From an uncultured Nitrospinaceae bacterium (GTDB taxonomy: Bacteria > Nitrospinota > Nitrospinia > Nitrospinales > VA-1): 50,465 bases of DNA. A program made the translations under genes and the position numbers. Below are positions 32,991 to 42,487 of this stretch, in pieces (position 1 is the first letter of the stretch; the number at the start of each line of letters is the position of its first letter). The stretch is from positions 1 to 50,465 of the forward strand of contig CAYPQH010000001.1 in NCBI GenBank assembly GCA_964412825.1. The letters run 5' to 3'. The notes under the pieces were generated by a model, which did no database searches, was not told where the DNA came from, and saw only the letters and a list, made by a program, of their open reading frames with translations.

Positions 32991-33896
32991 TTGGTGAAAT
33001 CCGCCGGAGTGACCAGTCAGTGGCAGGGAGTGGTTCTGCTTTGCCTCCTTATCGGGGGAGGGGCGTTGGAGTTTTATGGCAAGATTTTCGAACGCGGTGT
33101 GGGTCATTACCTCAAATGGCAGAATCATAAACGGCCGCAACTGGGCAGAATCTGGGAACGGGACCGTGAAGCCCTGGTCGCGCAAGCCAAGATTCAATCC
33201 ATTCGATCCGGTTTGGATTTACAGAACAATTCCGCTGAGTCCCTGCAAACCTTCAACGAGTTGTTTGAAACGTTAGAACCTGCCTTTCCTCTTCTGGTCA
33301 CCCGAAAGAAGTTTCTAGAGTTGTATTTCGATTTTCCCGGGCCGTGGTCCGAGCGCATCGTCTCCCCCTATGAATTACTGCAAATCGACGCGGAAAAAAA
33401 CTGGGAACGGGTTTTTCTGAAACGGTTCGGTCCCTGGATCACCATCGGTTTTCTGGATCTTCAGGGAGTTCCCATTCGGGAAATATTCCTGTCCGTGGAC
33501 ACCCTGTTTGAAGTACAGTCAACACGCACCATCAAGCGCGGTAGTTTGGAGGAAATGGGGTTCCAAAAAGAACGCATTTTTTCAAGAGACCAGGTGGTGT
33601 CGATAGTCCAAACGTTGGACCCCGAAACTCAAAAGGCTGTCTTTCCAGAGCCACGATGGTTTCTGGAGAAAGATTATCACGTCACCCGCGTAGGCGTTTC
33701 CGACCAAACTCCCCAGTCCCAAAATCATATGGTCTTTGGAATTGAATACAACACCGATTATTATACCGGTGTCCTGTTGATTTCGGTTCCCTTGGAAGTG
33801 GCGTACAACATGCTCTCGCAAATCGAAAGAACGGATGGTGACGATTTGACAGGAGAATTCGATTCCTTGACGATCCCTTCCGGAGAGACATTTTGA
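32991..33896 (+). CDS. Hypothetical membrane-anchored protein, translationally coupled to PBP1A
   Basis: It has a single N-terminal TM helix (WQGVVLLCLLIGGGAL). Only non-ATG starts are available (TTG 32991 or GTG 32994). Its stop overlaps the PBP1A start (TTGA at 33893-33896). Confidence 0.6.
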   Translation: MVKSAGVTSQWQGVVLLCLLIGGGALEFYGKIFERGVGHYLKWQNHKRPQLGRIWERDREALVAQAKIQSIRSGLDLQNNSAESLQTFNELFETLEPAFPLLVTRKKFLELYFDFPGPWSERIVSPYELLQIDAEKNWERVFLKRFGPWITIGFLDLQGVPIREIFLSVDTLFEVQSTRTIKRGSLEEMGFQKERIFSRDQVVSIVQTLDPETQKAVFPEPRWFLEKDYHVTRVGVSDQTPQSQNHMVFGIEYNTDYYTGVLLISVPLEVAYNMLSQIERTDGDDLTGEFDSLTIPSGETF

Positions 33897-35944
33897 CGAC
33901 GATCCGTCCTCTGATAGAAAAATTTTACTTCTTTATATTTGGCGTTTTCCTGTTGGCGGTCATTGCCGGCCTTGGGGTTTATTTTGCCCTCAGCAAAGAC
34001 CTTCCCCGGCTACCAGAAAACCTGGCGACGATCAACCTGAGTCTGCCGACAGAAATCTATTCATCCGATGGAGACAGGATCAAGGTATTAGGCGAACGCC
34101 ACCCGGTTTCCATAGACGATATTTCCCCCTATTTTCTGAACGCCATTATTTCCGTTGAAGATTCCAATTTCTATGATCATCAGGGGTTGGATCATATTGG
34201 CCTGGTGCGGGCGTTTTATATGAATTTTCGGGCCAAGCGCGTGGTTCAGGGCGGCAGTACCATCACCCAGCAATTATCAAAAAACCTGTTTTTTTCCTTC
34301 AAGAGAAACTTCGTCCGTAAAATCAAAGAACTGCTCATTGCCCTGCAACTCGAAGCCACGTTCACCAAAGAACAGATTCTCGAAGCCTACAGCAACCAGA
34401 TTTATTTTGGCAGTGGCGCCTATGGAGTGGAAGAAGCCGCGGACACGTACTTTGGCAAACGAGCAAAAGACCTGACTTTGCTCCAGGGAGCGTTATTGGC
34501 AGGATTGCCCAATGCTCCCAACAGCGCCAATCCTTTTTACAATTTAGAGAAGGCTCTTGGTCGAGCCGGTTTCATTTTAAATCGAATGGTGAAGGAAGGG
34601 TTTATCACCGAGGATGAAAAGGAAGAAGCAAGGCTTTCCCACCTGAGGCTTTTAACGCCAAAACGTTCCTCGAACCCAAATTTATATTTTGTGGATTTTA
34701 TTATCCGAAAACTGGAAAAAGATTATGGCAAGGAATTTGTTCATTTTGGCGGCCTGAAAATATACACCACTCTGGATAGCCGACAGCAATCACTGGCCAA
34801 GAAAGCCGCCATCTCGCACCTAGAAGCTCTGGAAGCTGAAATGAGTGAACGGGAGTCCAAAGAGCCGTTGCAAGTGGCGTTGGTTTCCGTGGAAAACAAG
34901 AGTGGAGCCGTACGCGCCATGATGGGTGGGAAAAACTATTCCCACAGCCAGTTCAATCGGGCGCTATCCAACAATCGGCTTCCTGGGTCTTCATTTAAAC
35001 CCTTTGTTTACCTGACGGCAATGACGGAGTTGGACTACTCCCCCGCCACAGTGGTGAGAGACGAGCCGGTGGTCATAGACATTCCCGGTACGAAACCCTG
35101 GGAGCCAAAAAACTTTGGCAAAGAATTCGCGGGGGACATTATCCTCAAAAAAGCGCTGATGAAGTCTCTCAACGTTGTCTCCGCTAAACTCATGCAGGCA
35201 GTGGGGCCGGAGAAAGTGATCGAAACCGCGCGTCGATTTGGCATCAAAAGCCCTTTGGGGAAGAATTATTCCCTTGCCCTTGGGACATCCGGGATTTCTC
35301 CATTGGAAATGGCTTCGGCGTACAGCGTCATTGCCAACCTTGGCATTTACAATGAACCCTATTTCATCGAGAAGATAGAGGATTTTCATGGCAATCAGCT
35401 ATACGAACATTTTTATCAAGGCATCCAGCGGTTTCCACAAAAGGTGATTTATCCTCTGCTGGACATGATGAAAGGCGTTGTGGACGCGGGTACGGCCCGT
35501 GGAATACGACGAATGGGGTTTAAACATCCCGCCGCCGGAAAAACCGGGACCACAAACGATTTTAAAGACGCCTGGTTCAATGGCACAACGAAAGACAACT
35601 CGGTTTCCGTCTGGGTCGGTTACGACAATAATGAATCCATGTTGGACAAGAGAGGCCGAGGGATAACGGGAGGTCGAGCCGCCGCGCCCATTTGGGTGTT
35701 TTTTCTGCAAAAAGTTTTACAGGGAAAAAACACGGTCAAGTTTCCGGTGCCTTCGGGAATCAAATTTGAAACCGTGGATGTCAGTACCGGCAGGTTGGGG
35801 AATGAACGTTCTTTGGAGACCATGAGTGTGGCGGTGAGAGAAGAATTGGATCTCAGCCCCTTGCCGGAAACACCTGAAATAATGGAACCGGACGATGAGT
35901 TTTCGGCTTCTCCGGACTTGTTTACAATTCCGGAGAATCAATAA
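33893..35944 (+). CDS. mrcA: Class A penicillin-binding protein (glycosyltransferase GT51 + transpeptidase), short form without OB insertion
   Basis: An N-terminal TM anchor is present. GT51 motifs: EDSNFYDHQG and GGSTITQQ. Transpeptidase motifs: SSFK, SLN and KTGTT. A TTG start is inferred. Confidence 0.9.
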   Translation: MTTIRPLIEKFYFFIFGVFLLAVIAGLGVYFALSKDLPRLPENLATINLSLPTEIYSSDGDRIKVLGERHPVSIDDISPYFLNAIISVEDSNFYDHQGLDHIGLVRAFYMNFRAKRVVQGGSTITQQLSKNLFFSFKRNFVRKIKELLIALQLEATFTKEQILEAYSNQIYFGSGAYGVEEAADTYFGKRAKDLTLLQGALLAGLPNAPNSANPFYNLEKALGRAGFILNRMVKEGFITEDEKEEARLSHLRLLTPKRSSNPNLYFVDFIIRKLEKDYGKEFVHFGGLKIYTTLDSRQQSLAKKAAISHLEALEAEMSERESKEPLQVALVSVENKSGAVRAMMGGKNYSHSQFNRALSNNRLPGSSFKPFVYLTAMTELDYSPATVVRDEPVVIDIPGTKPWEPKNFGKEFAGDIILKKALMKSLNVVSAKLMQAVGPEKVIETARRFGIKSPLGKNYSLALGTSGISPLEMASAYSVIANLGIYNEPYFIEKIEDFHGNQLYEHFYQGIQRFPQKVIYPLLDMMKGVVDAGTARGIRRMGFKHPAAGKTGTTNDFKDAWFNGTTKDNSVSVWVGYDNNESMLDKRGRGITGGRAAAPIWVFFLQKVLQGKNTVKFPVPSGIKFETVDVSTGRLGNERSLETMSVAVREELDLSPLPETPEIMEPDDEFSASPDLFTIPENQ

Positions 35945-35998
35945 TGGGCGACTCCTGCCCGCATCTCCTTCCTGCGTTGCAGGGCACTGGAGGGGAAC

Positions 35999-37555
35999 AT
36001 GTTTCAAACGATTAAATATTTTCTGGTTCGCACCGGGATATCACTATTTCTTTTAATGGTGTTTGGTTTTTTTACACTATATGTGGTGCACGAGATTGCT
36101 CTGCCCGGGACGGCGTTTGATGATGGGATGATCCAATGGGCGCTCCTTTGTATTTGCGTTTTCATGGGGTTCTTCGCCTATGGGCAGATCGGCGACCAGC
36201 GGTTTTTGAACGCGTTTCATGCTTTGAAAGATGCAGGTCCGCTTTATGACAAGGAAGTGATTGTCCGGCAGTTCGAGAACCTCCTTCGTTTTACCAAATC
36301 TTCCTATTTCCTTCCCGGCCAGGCCCGCCGTTTTCGCGGACTGGTGGTGCGCAAATATGCCGATTACCTTTTGTCCATCGGACGGGAAGAACCGAAAGCT
36401 CTCAAAATTTATTTGAAAGCATTCTTGCAAAACCCGGAAAACTCAAAGTTTCGCGTTCCCCTGATTTCCATCCTCGATCAAGGGGGCGGCTTATCTGCGA
36501 ATGAAATAGATTTATTGCTGGTGATGGTGAGAGCGGAAGAGTTTAAAGATGCTTTCATCGTCAATCACCTGGCATCTGTCTTTCTGAGACAAAAAACCCT
36601 GACGGGAAAAACCGAGCCGGTGTTTTTATACGCGGTGGAAAATAAATCGAACGATGCCCGTGAAATTTTGCACTTTGTGCTCCCCGTTTTATTGGCAAAT
36701 AAGCGCGCGGATATATTCGCGCTTCGTTTTTATTTGCGCGCCCTTCCGCTGAATCTGTCGGGAGAGGATGAAATGCGGGACATCCTTGGCAAGAGCTATA
36801 TAGAAGGTCATTTTGAAGGGATAGACCCTGTCTTGCACGATAGGTGCGGGCAGACCTTTGACACAATGGAACCGGACAGGCAGGCTGGAATTAGGGAAGC
36901 GGTCGAAGCAAATCGAATTTCCGGACGATTGAAAAAAATCAATCTTTTCAGCCGGGAGGACAAACAGGATATCAGTCGCTTGAAAGTTCGCCTTGGGATA
37001 GAAAAAACAATTTTCCAAAAGCTGGCGGACGGGATTTTCTGGGTCGGTCGTTGGCTCCAAAATTTTGGAAGAAGAATATTTTTCAAGATGATTGACGGGT
37101 TGATCCTTTTCGGCAAAGCCCGGCTCTGGGTAAAACTTGTGTCCATCTCAGCAGTGGGCCTTTTAATATTGACTGGATTGGGCGTATTGGAGTGGCAAGC
37201 CAACCGGGATGAAATTGTCGCAGACGAAAAGCCCCGAATGCCGGTGGTTGCCCCCTCTCCCAAGCCTGTTGCGACCAAACCGAATAAAGAACATTTCATT
37301 CAAATTGCTGCAGTCACTTCGTCCAAACAAGCCAATCAGCTCATAAATTCTCTGAAAAGAAAAGACGTGACAAGGACCATCATCATAAAATCAACGCGGC
37401 AGGCGGGAGGCAGTTGGTATAAAATCCGGGTGGGTCCTTTTGATAAAAAAAACAACGCTCTTAAATTGGCCAAACGGATGATGGATGACAAGCTGATAAA
37501 AAATTATTTTCTTGTATCAACGCTCAAATCAAAAGGTCGCAAAAAACAAGGTTGA
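35999..37555 (+). CDS. SPOR domain-containing membrane protein
   Basis: A GGAGGGG RBS precedes the start. It has N-terminal TM helices, a helical-repeat middle, a further TM helix (LVSISAVGLLILTGLGVL) and a C-terminal SPOR-like domain (FIQIAAVTSSKQANQL...WYKIRVGPFDKKNNALKLAKRM). Confidence 0.8.
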   Translation: MFQTIKYFLVRTGISLFLLMVFGFFTLYVVHEIALPGTAFDDGMIQWALLCICVFMGFFAYGQIGDQRFLNAFHALKDAGPLYDKEVIVRQFENLLRFTKSSYFLPGQARRFRGLVVRKYADYLLSIGREEPKALKIYLKAFLQNPENSKFRVPLISILDQGGGLSANEIDLLLVMVRAEEFKDAFIVNHLASVFLRQKTLTGKTEPVFLYAVENKSNDAREILHFVLPVLLANKRADIFALRFYLRALPLNLSGEDEMRDILGKSYIEGHFEGIDPVLHDRCGQTFDTMEPDRQAGIREAVEANRISGRLKKINLFSREDKQDISRLKVRLGIEKTIFQKLADGIFWVGRWLQNFGRRIFFKMIDGLILFGKARLWVKLVSISAVGLLILTGLGVLEWQANRDEIVADEKPRMPVVAPSPKPVATKPNKEHFIQIAAVTSSKQANQLINSLKRKDVTRTIIIKSTRQAGGSWYKIRVGPFDKKNNALKLAKRMMDDKLIKNYFLVSTLKSKGRKKQG

Positions 37556-37627
37556 TTTATTTCTGCGATGAGTGGATTTTTGTCCAGAGGGGAGGGCACG
37601 CTTTGGATTATACGTTCTACAGCGGGG

Positions 37628-37867
37628 TCATCGATTTACGGGGAATGGAATGACTTTTAAACCTCTTTTCGCCACTTTTCGTTTTTTATTCCTGCTCTTC
37701 AATTTAAATTTTAAACCGATTAATTCGGCTTCCAAAGATTCATAGTTTTCTTCCAGCACGCTGTTTGATTTTCGTAGATCGATCACAATTCGGCGAAAAT
37801 CAATATTTTCACTGTATACCCGATTGCTTTCTTTCAAAAGATCGTAATATTTGTCCTCATAGTTCAT
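37628..37867 (-). CDS. Hypothetical 79-aa coiled-coil protein with a basic C-terminus
   Basis: The start is set at MNYEDKYY, behind a GGAGGAGGGAG RBS. The track ORF extends to a TTG at 37948. It lies in an AT-rich segment. Confidence 0.5.
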   Translation of the reverse strand: MNYEDKYYDLLKESNRVYSENIDFRRIVIDLRKSNSVLEENYESLEAELIGLKFKLKSRNKKRKVAKRGLKVIPFPVNR

Positions 37868-37970
37868 GAAGCTCCCTCCTCCCTTTCCTGTATGCGGATT
37901 GACATCAATGGGTGTCAAAACTGGCGACTGTGTTATCCCTGTGCTCAAAAAGCGCCTGGCATCAGGATCT

Positions 37971-38240
37971 TTATAGGTTGGGTTGGGTCATCGCGACATT
38001 TTGTTCCTGCACAAGCAAACTGCCTAACAAACTACTGACTTGCTCGTTGGTTCCATGGGAAAAAACATGCTCGATCCGGGTTTTATAATCATCAAAAATT
38101 TTCCGATTTATGGGCTCATTTTTTTTGCAGACTTCATAGTGAATCGACGAGATACATTTTGAGATGACCGTTTTTTGCAAGCTATCGCCATTCGTTAAAA
38201 TATACTCTAAACATTGCTTAACTTCTGTGTCGTTCATCAT
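37971..38240 (-). CDS. Hypothetical 89-aa protein
   Basis: The start is set at MMNDTEV, behind a GAGGGGGTGG RBS. The track ORF extends to 38264. I recognise no motif. Confidence 0.5.
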   Translation of the reverse strand: MMNDTEVKQCLEYILTNGDSLQKTVISKCISSIHYEVCKKNEPINRKIFDDYKTRIEHVFSHGTNEQVSSLLGSLLVQEQNVAMTQPNL

Positions 38241-38429
38241 TTTCCACCCCCTCATCGTTGCCAATTGGAAATGACTTCTTTTTTTGACCGCACAGCATCA
38301 ATACCAACATCAGTCCATTTAAAAGCCCTGAGTCTCTGGTTATTTATAAAAATTTAAAGGCCAATTATGGCTTATTTATGAATTTCGTTATAGGAAGTAA
38401 GTCACATTTTTTCGTGATTGAAACAACCC

Positions 38430-38777
38430 TTAAAGAATGTCCAGCACCTGCTCAGGTGGGCGACCTGTCGCGGCTTTTCCGTTGGCAAGTACTATGGGGC
38501 GTTCGATCAGAATGGGGTGTTTGACCATGAAATCGATCAGGTCGTCATGGGACAGGGCAGGGTTGTCGAGTTTGCATTCGGCATAAATGGCTTCTTTTTT
38601 GCGCATCAGGTCACGAGGCGTGAAACCAAGTTGGGTGAGAATTTCTTTAAGTTTTTTTGCGGTGGGGGGAGTTTTGAGATATTCGATGATTGTTGGCGTT
38701 TCGCCGTGTTTTTCGAGTAACTCTAAAGTCTGGCGTGATTTTGAGCACCGGGGGTTGTGATAAATAACTACAGACAT
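38430..38777 (-). CDS. arsC: Arsenate reductase, glutaredoxin-coupled ArsC family
   Basis: IYHNPRCSKSRQTLELL carries the catalytic Cys. The C-terminus HPILIERPIV...GRPPEQVLDIL closely parallels E. coli ArsC as I recall it. Confidence 0.85.
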   Translation of the reverse strand: MSVVIYHNPRCSKSRQTLELLEKHGETPTIIEYLKTPPTAKKLKEILTQLGFTPRDLMRKKEAIYAECKLDNPALSHDDLIDFMVKHPILIERPIVLANGKAATGRPPEQVLDIL

Positions 38778-38849
38778 AGTTTGAATTCCTTATTTAATGT
38801 GGCTATTTGCCAGCGTCAAGATAGCCACTTGGCGGGGTCGCTATTTAAT

Positions 38850-39446
38850 CTATTTGATCCCTTCAATCGTTTTCACAATATCCAGATAGACATTTTTTTC
38901 TGATATGGAATTAAAACCCGCCTTACGAACATTTTCGACCGTATTCCGGTCGAGGTGGGTTCCCTCCAGAGCGTTGGTGAAGATGGACATGAATTTCAAG
39001 CTCAACCCATATATGAGATTTTTACTCATAACATGCTCAAACATCAATATTTTTCCACCCGGTTTCAGAACCCGTCTGCATTCCTCTAATCCCTGGACGG
39101 GGTGGGGGACGGTGCAAAAGACGCAGACCGTCACCACCGTGTCAAACGTGTTGTCGGGAAAAGCCAATAGCTCCGCGTTCATCAGACAAAACCGGATTTT
39201 ACCTTGATACCGTTTCCCTCGCCAGAGGGCGCGTTCCAGCATTTTGGGGCTCAAGTCGATGCCTGTGATGTCGAGGTCGGGCGGGAAGTTGATGATTTCC
39301 ATCCCCGTGCCGACGCCGACATGCAGAACCTTGCCACGCATTTGGCTGAAATGATCTTGTTGCGCCTGGCCCCATCGAAGCATGTCCCCTTTGCGAAAAA
39401 AGTCGAATGATTTGGCGACGCGGTCGTAATTTTTTGTCTGGCTCAT
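38850..39446 (-). CDS. Class I SAM-dependent methyltransferase
   Basis: SAM-binding motif I is VLHVGVGTG. A post-I acidic residue and a Methyltransf_11-like layout are present. The substrate is unknown. Confidence 0.75.
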   Translation of the reverse strand: MSQTKNYDRVAKSFDFFRKGDMLRWGQAQQDHFSQMRGKVLHVGVGTGMEIINFPPDLDITGIDLSPKMLERALWRGKRYQGKIRFCLMNAELLAFPDNTFDTVVTVCVFCTVPHPVQGLEECRRVLKPGGKILMFEHVMSKNLIYGLSLKFMSIFTNALEGTHLDRNTVENVRKAGFNSISEKNVYLDIVKTIEGIK

Positions 39447-39449
39447 GAA

Positions 39450-39806
39450 TTATTGCGGATGCACCAATTTTTTGTTTGAAAAATAGATGACAGTGGATAC
39501 CGCCACCCCTAAAATTCCCCCGGTGATCCCGATACACTCACTCGGGACACCGCCTTGAGCCGCCACCATCCCGCTCAACATGCCCACGCTCATGGCAATG
39601 ATGCTGAGCGGAATCATGACCTCGAACGCACCGAAAAAAGGCGCGAGCAAGAGCAGGAAAACAAATTTGAGAACCATGCCGATACCGCCGCCAACTGCCA
39701 TCGCCAAAAACATATTCCAGCCGGTGGGAATGATCTGGCTGACCGCAAAAGCGATCGTGGCTCCTGAACAAGCGCCAACGAGTGTGTCGATTATTTTAAA
39801 GTTCAT
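39450..39806 (-). CDS. Small hydrophobic membrane protein (about 4 TM helices)
   Basis: It is 118 aa and Gly/Ala-rich with TM segments. Its stop lies 3 nt before the methyltransferase start. Confidence 0.6.
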   Translation of the reverse strand: MNFKIIDTLVGACSGATIAFAVSQIIPTGWNMFLAMAVGGGIGMVLKFVFLLLLAPFFGAFEVMIPLSIIAMSVGMLSGMVAAQGGVPSECIGITGGILGVAVSTVIYFSNKKLVHPQ

Positions 39807-39890
39807 GGCGTCAGGATGTATAATGGCCCCGGAATTGTCAATGGATTTTCTTCCTCGGAATCAGCCTGAAGTCCCTACAAGGAATCGTTA

Positions 39891-41216
39891 ATGAACTCTC
39901 TGGATCTCGATTATCAAAATAGTAAACCCTTTATAACCGATTCCGAAATCCAGAGCCTGCAACCCAACATCGACCGATTGCACCAGGCACTTGAAGCGGG
40001 AACGGGCAAGGGCGCCGATTACCTGGGCTGGATGGGTTTGTCATCGAGGACCTCATCGGAAGAGTTAGCGGCCATCGAGCAATCGGCGAAACAATTACGT
40101 GACCATTGCGATGTGTTCGTCAGCATTGGCATTGGCGGTTCCTATCTTGGAGCGCGGGCGGCTATATCTTATTTGAGCCACACCTTTTCCAACCAGCTTT
40201 CGAGTAAGAATTCCGGCTCGCCAGAGATTCATTTTGCAGGGCATAATCTCAATTCCGATTACCATGCGGATTTGTTTGATTTGATTGCCGACCGGGATGT
40301 TTGCCTGAACGTCATCTCTAAATCCGGGACCACCACGGAACCTGCGGTGGCGTTTCGTTTGCTAAAAGACAAGCTGGAAAATAAATATGGCAAGGAGGGA
40401 GCGAGAAAGCGCATCGTCGTCACCACCGATCAGACCAAGGGCGCGTTGAAAAAACTCGCCGATGAAGAGGGCTACACCACTTTTGTGATTCCCGACGACG
40501 TGGGGGGGCGATATTCCGTGTTGACGCCGGTGGGCCTGCTTCCCATTGCTGTTGCGGGGATTGACATCCGCGAATTGATGGCCGGAGCCAAAACGGGCGA
40601 AACGGTTTGCAAGGCGCATTCGGGGTTGGATAAAAACCTGGCTTATCTTTATGCGGGCATACGGCATCTGATGTACACCAAGGGCAAAACTTTGGAGGTT
40701 CTCGCTTCGTTTCATCCTTCGCTGTCTTATGTGCTGGAATGGTGGAAGCAATTGGCGGGAGAGAGCGAAGGCAAGGAGTTTAAGGGAATATTTCCAGCCT
40801 CCGTCGAATACACCACCGATCTGCATTCGATGGGCCAATGGGTGCAGGAGGGCAACCGCATTCTTTTCGAGACATTTCTGCTGGTCGGCGCGTCCCGCAG
40901 GCAGTTGGAAATCCCCATGTTTGATAACGATGGCGACGGATTGAATTATCTGGCGGGGAAAACCCTGGATTTCGTCAATGACAAAGCTTACAAAGGAACG
41001 GCGATGGCGCATAAAGAGGGTGAGGTTCCCAATATGACCCTCACCGTCAAAGATCGGTCCCCATACGCGCTTGGAGAATTGTTTTATTTCTTCGAGCGAG
41101 CCATTGCCATGACGGGCTATCTAATGGATGTGAACCCTTTCGATCAGCCGGGGGTGGAATTTTATAAAAAAAATATGTTCATGCTTTTGAATAAACCGGG
41201 ATACTCGAAAGGATAA
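39891..41216 (+). CDS. pgi: Glucose-6-phosphate isomerase (short ~440-aa form)
   Basis: The SIS-domain motifs VSIGIGGSYLGARA, ISKSGTTTEP and GGRYSVL are present. Confidence 0.92.
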   Translation: MNSLDLDYQNSKPFITDSEIQSLQPNIDRLHQALEAGTGKGADYLGWMGLSSRTSSEELAAIEQSAKQLRDHCDVFVSIGIGGSYLGARAAISYLSHTFSNQLSSKNSGSPEIHFAGHNLNSDYHADLFDLIADRDVCLNVISKSGTTTEPAVAFRLLKDKLENKYGKEGARKRIVVTTDQTKGALKKLADEEGYTTFVIPDDVGGRYSVLTPVGLLPIAVAGIDIRELMAGAKTGETVCKAHSGLDKNLAYLYAGIRHLMYTKGKTLEVLASFHPSLSYVLEWWKQLAGESEGKEFKGIFPASVEYTTDLHSMGQWVQEGNRILFETFLLVGASRRQLEIPMFDNDGDGLNYLAGKTLDFVNDKAYKGTAMAHKEGEVPNMTLTVKDRSPYALGELFYFFERAIAMTGYLMDVNPFDQPGVEFYKKNMFMLLNKPGYSKG

Positions 41217-41220
41217 TTAC

Positions 41221-42462
41221 ATGGCAACTGTCAGTCAAAAACTGGATGACCTTTTGCATCAGCTGGCTTATGAGGAGATTACGGGCGACAAACCCGTTTC
41301 TTCCAGCAATGAATTGCTGGGAAAACTGACTGCTTTGGGAAGCGAGTTGTGGATCGATACCGGCGACCTGGAAAAAGCCCAATTCATTTGGAAAAGTGAG
41401 TTGGCCGCCCTGACCACCAACAACACGCTGGCCAATCAAGTGGTGCAAAGCGGAGTCATGGATGAAACCATCCGCGACACGGTGAAAAAAATGAGGATAG
41501 TCGGCGCGAAATTGAGTGATGACGAAATGGTCACGGAAATAGGCTTTGTCATCAACTGCAAAATCGCCTTGCGGCTGGTGCAGGCGTTCAAAGTGAAGGT
41601 GAGTGTCGAGCTGCATCCCGCCATGTCGAGAGACATTGAGACATCACTGGCCTACGCCAGACGCTATTACAAAGTCTGCCCGGAAAAATTCATCATCAAG
41701 ATACCCCTCACCCCGGAAGGGTATCTGGCTGTTCGGACGTTGCGCAAAGAAGGGATGCCCATCAACTTTACACTAGGATTTTCCGCCCGGCAGAATTATC
41801 TGGCGGCCCGGTTATCAAACCCCACTTACGTCAACGTGTTTTTGGGGCGGCTCAACCAGGTGGTGAGTGACAATAGGCTGGGCAGTGGTGAAATGGTGGG
41901 CGAAAAAGTGACTCTGGCCACCCAGGGAGCTTTATGGGATCTCAGAACGGAAGACCCCGATGTGACCACGAAATTGATCGGCGCCAGCATCAGAAACGGC
42001 AATCAGGTGGCGGCGCTTGCCGGATTGGATGTGTTGACCATTCCCCCGGCGGCCATGGAGGATTTTTTGAAAACCGGCGGTACTCAGGAATTAAAATGCC
42101 ATGTTTCCGATGACATCACAGCGGGGATCGATTCTGGCAATCCCATGACAGGGAAATTCGATGCGTTGTGGGAAGTGTCCGATTCTTTTAAAAAGTTCGT
42201 CGATTCATTGTTGAGTCAAGAAGGTTTGGACTCGATGACCGGAGATGCTTTCAGGGCTTTTTGCGACGAAAATAAAAGCGATTTGTTCCATCCATTTTCT
42301 GATGCGGAATTTGACACCATCACCGAACACGGAAAAATCCCCCGGCTTGAGGCGTGGCCCGATACAATCGCACTGGATGACCTGATGACTCAATCGGCGT
42401 TGCAATCTTTTGCCAAGGATCAGAAAGCTCTGGACGAAAGAATCCGGTCTTTCATTCAATAA
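41221..42462 (+). CDS. tal: Transaldolase-family protein (long form)
   Basis: LWIDTGD, LTTNNTL (cf. GVTTNP) and the Schiff-base Lys region FIIKIPLTPEGYLAVRTL are present. The start lies 4 nt after the pgi stop. Confidence 0.8.
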   Translation: MATVSQKLDDLLHQLAYEEITGDKPVSSSNELLGKLTALGSELWIDTGDLEKAQFIWKSELAALTTNNTLANQVVQSGVMDETIRDTVKKMRIVGAKLSDDEMVTEIGFVINCKIALRLVQAFKVKVSVELHPAMSRDIETSLAYARRYYKVCPEKFIIKIPLTPEGYLAVRTLRKEGMPINFTLGFSARQNYLAARLSNPTYVNVFLGRLNQVVSDNRLGSGEMVGEKVTLATQGALWDLRTEDPDVTTKLIGASIRNGNQVAALAGLDVLTIPPAAMEDFLKTGGTQELKCHVSDDITAGIDSGNPMTGKFDALWEVSDSFKKFVDSLLSQEGLDSMTGDAFRAFCDENKSDLFHPFSDAEFDTITEHGKIPRLEAWPDTIALDDLMTQSALQSFAKDQKALDERIRSFIQ

Positions 42463-42487
42463 AATTCTGCCTGAGATTGAGGGAACG

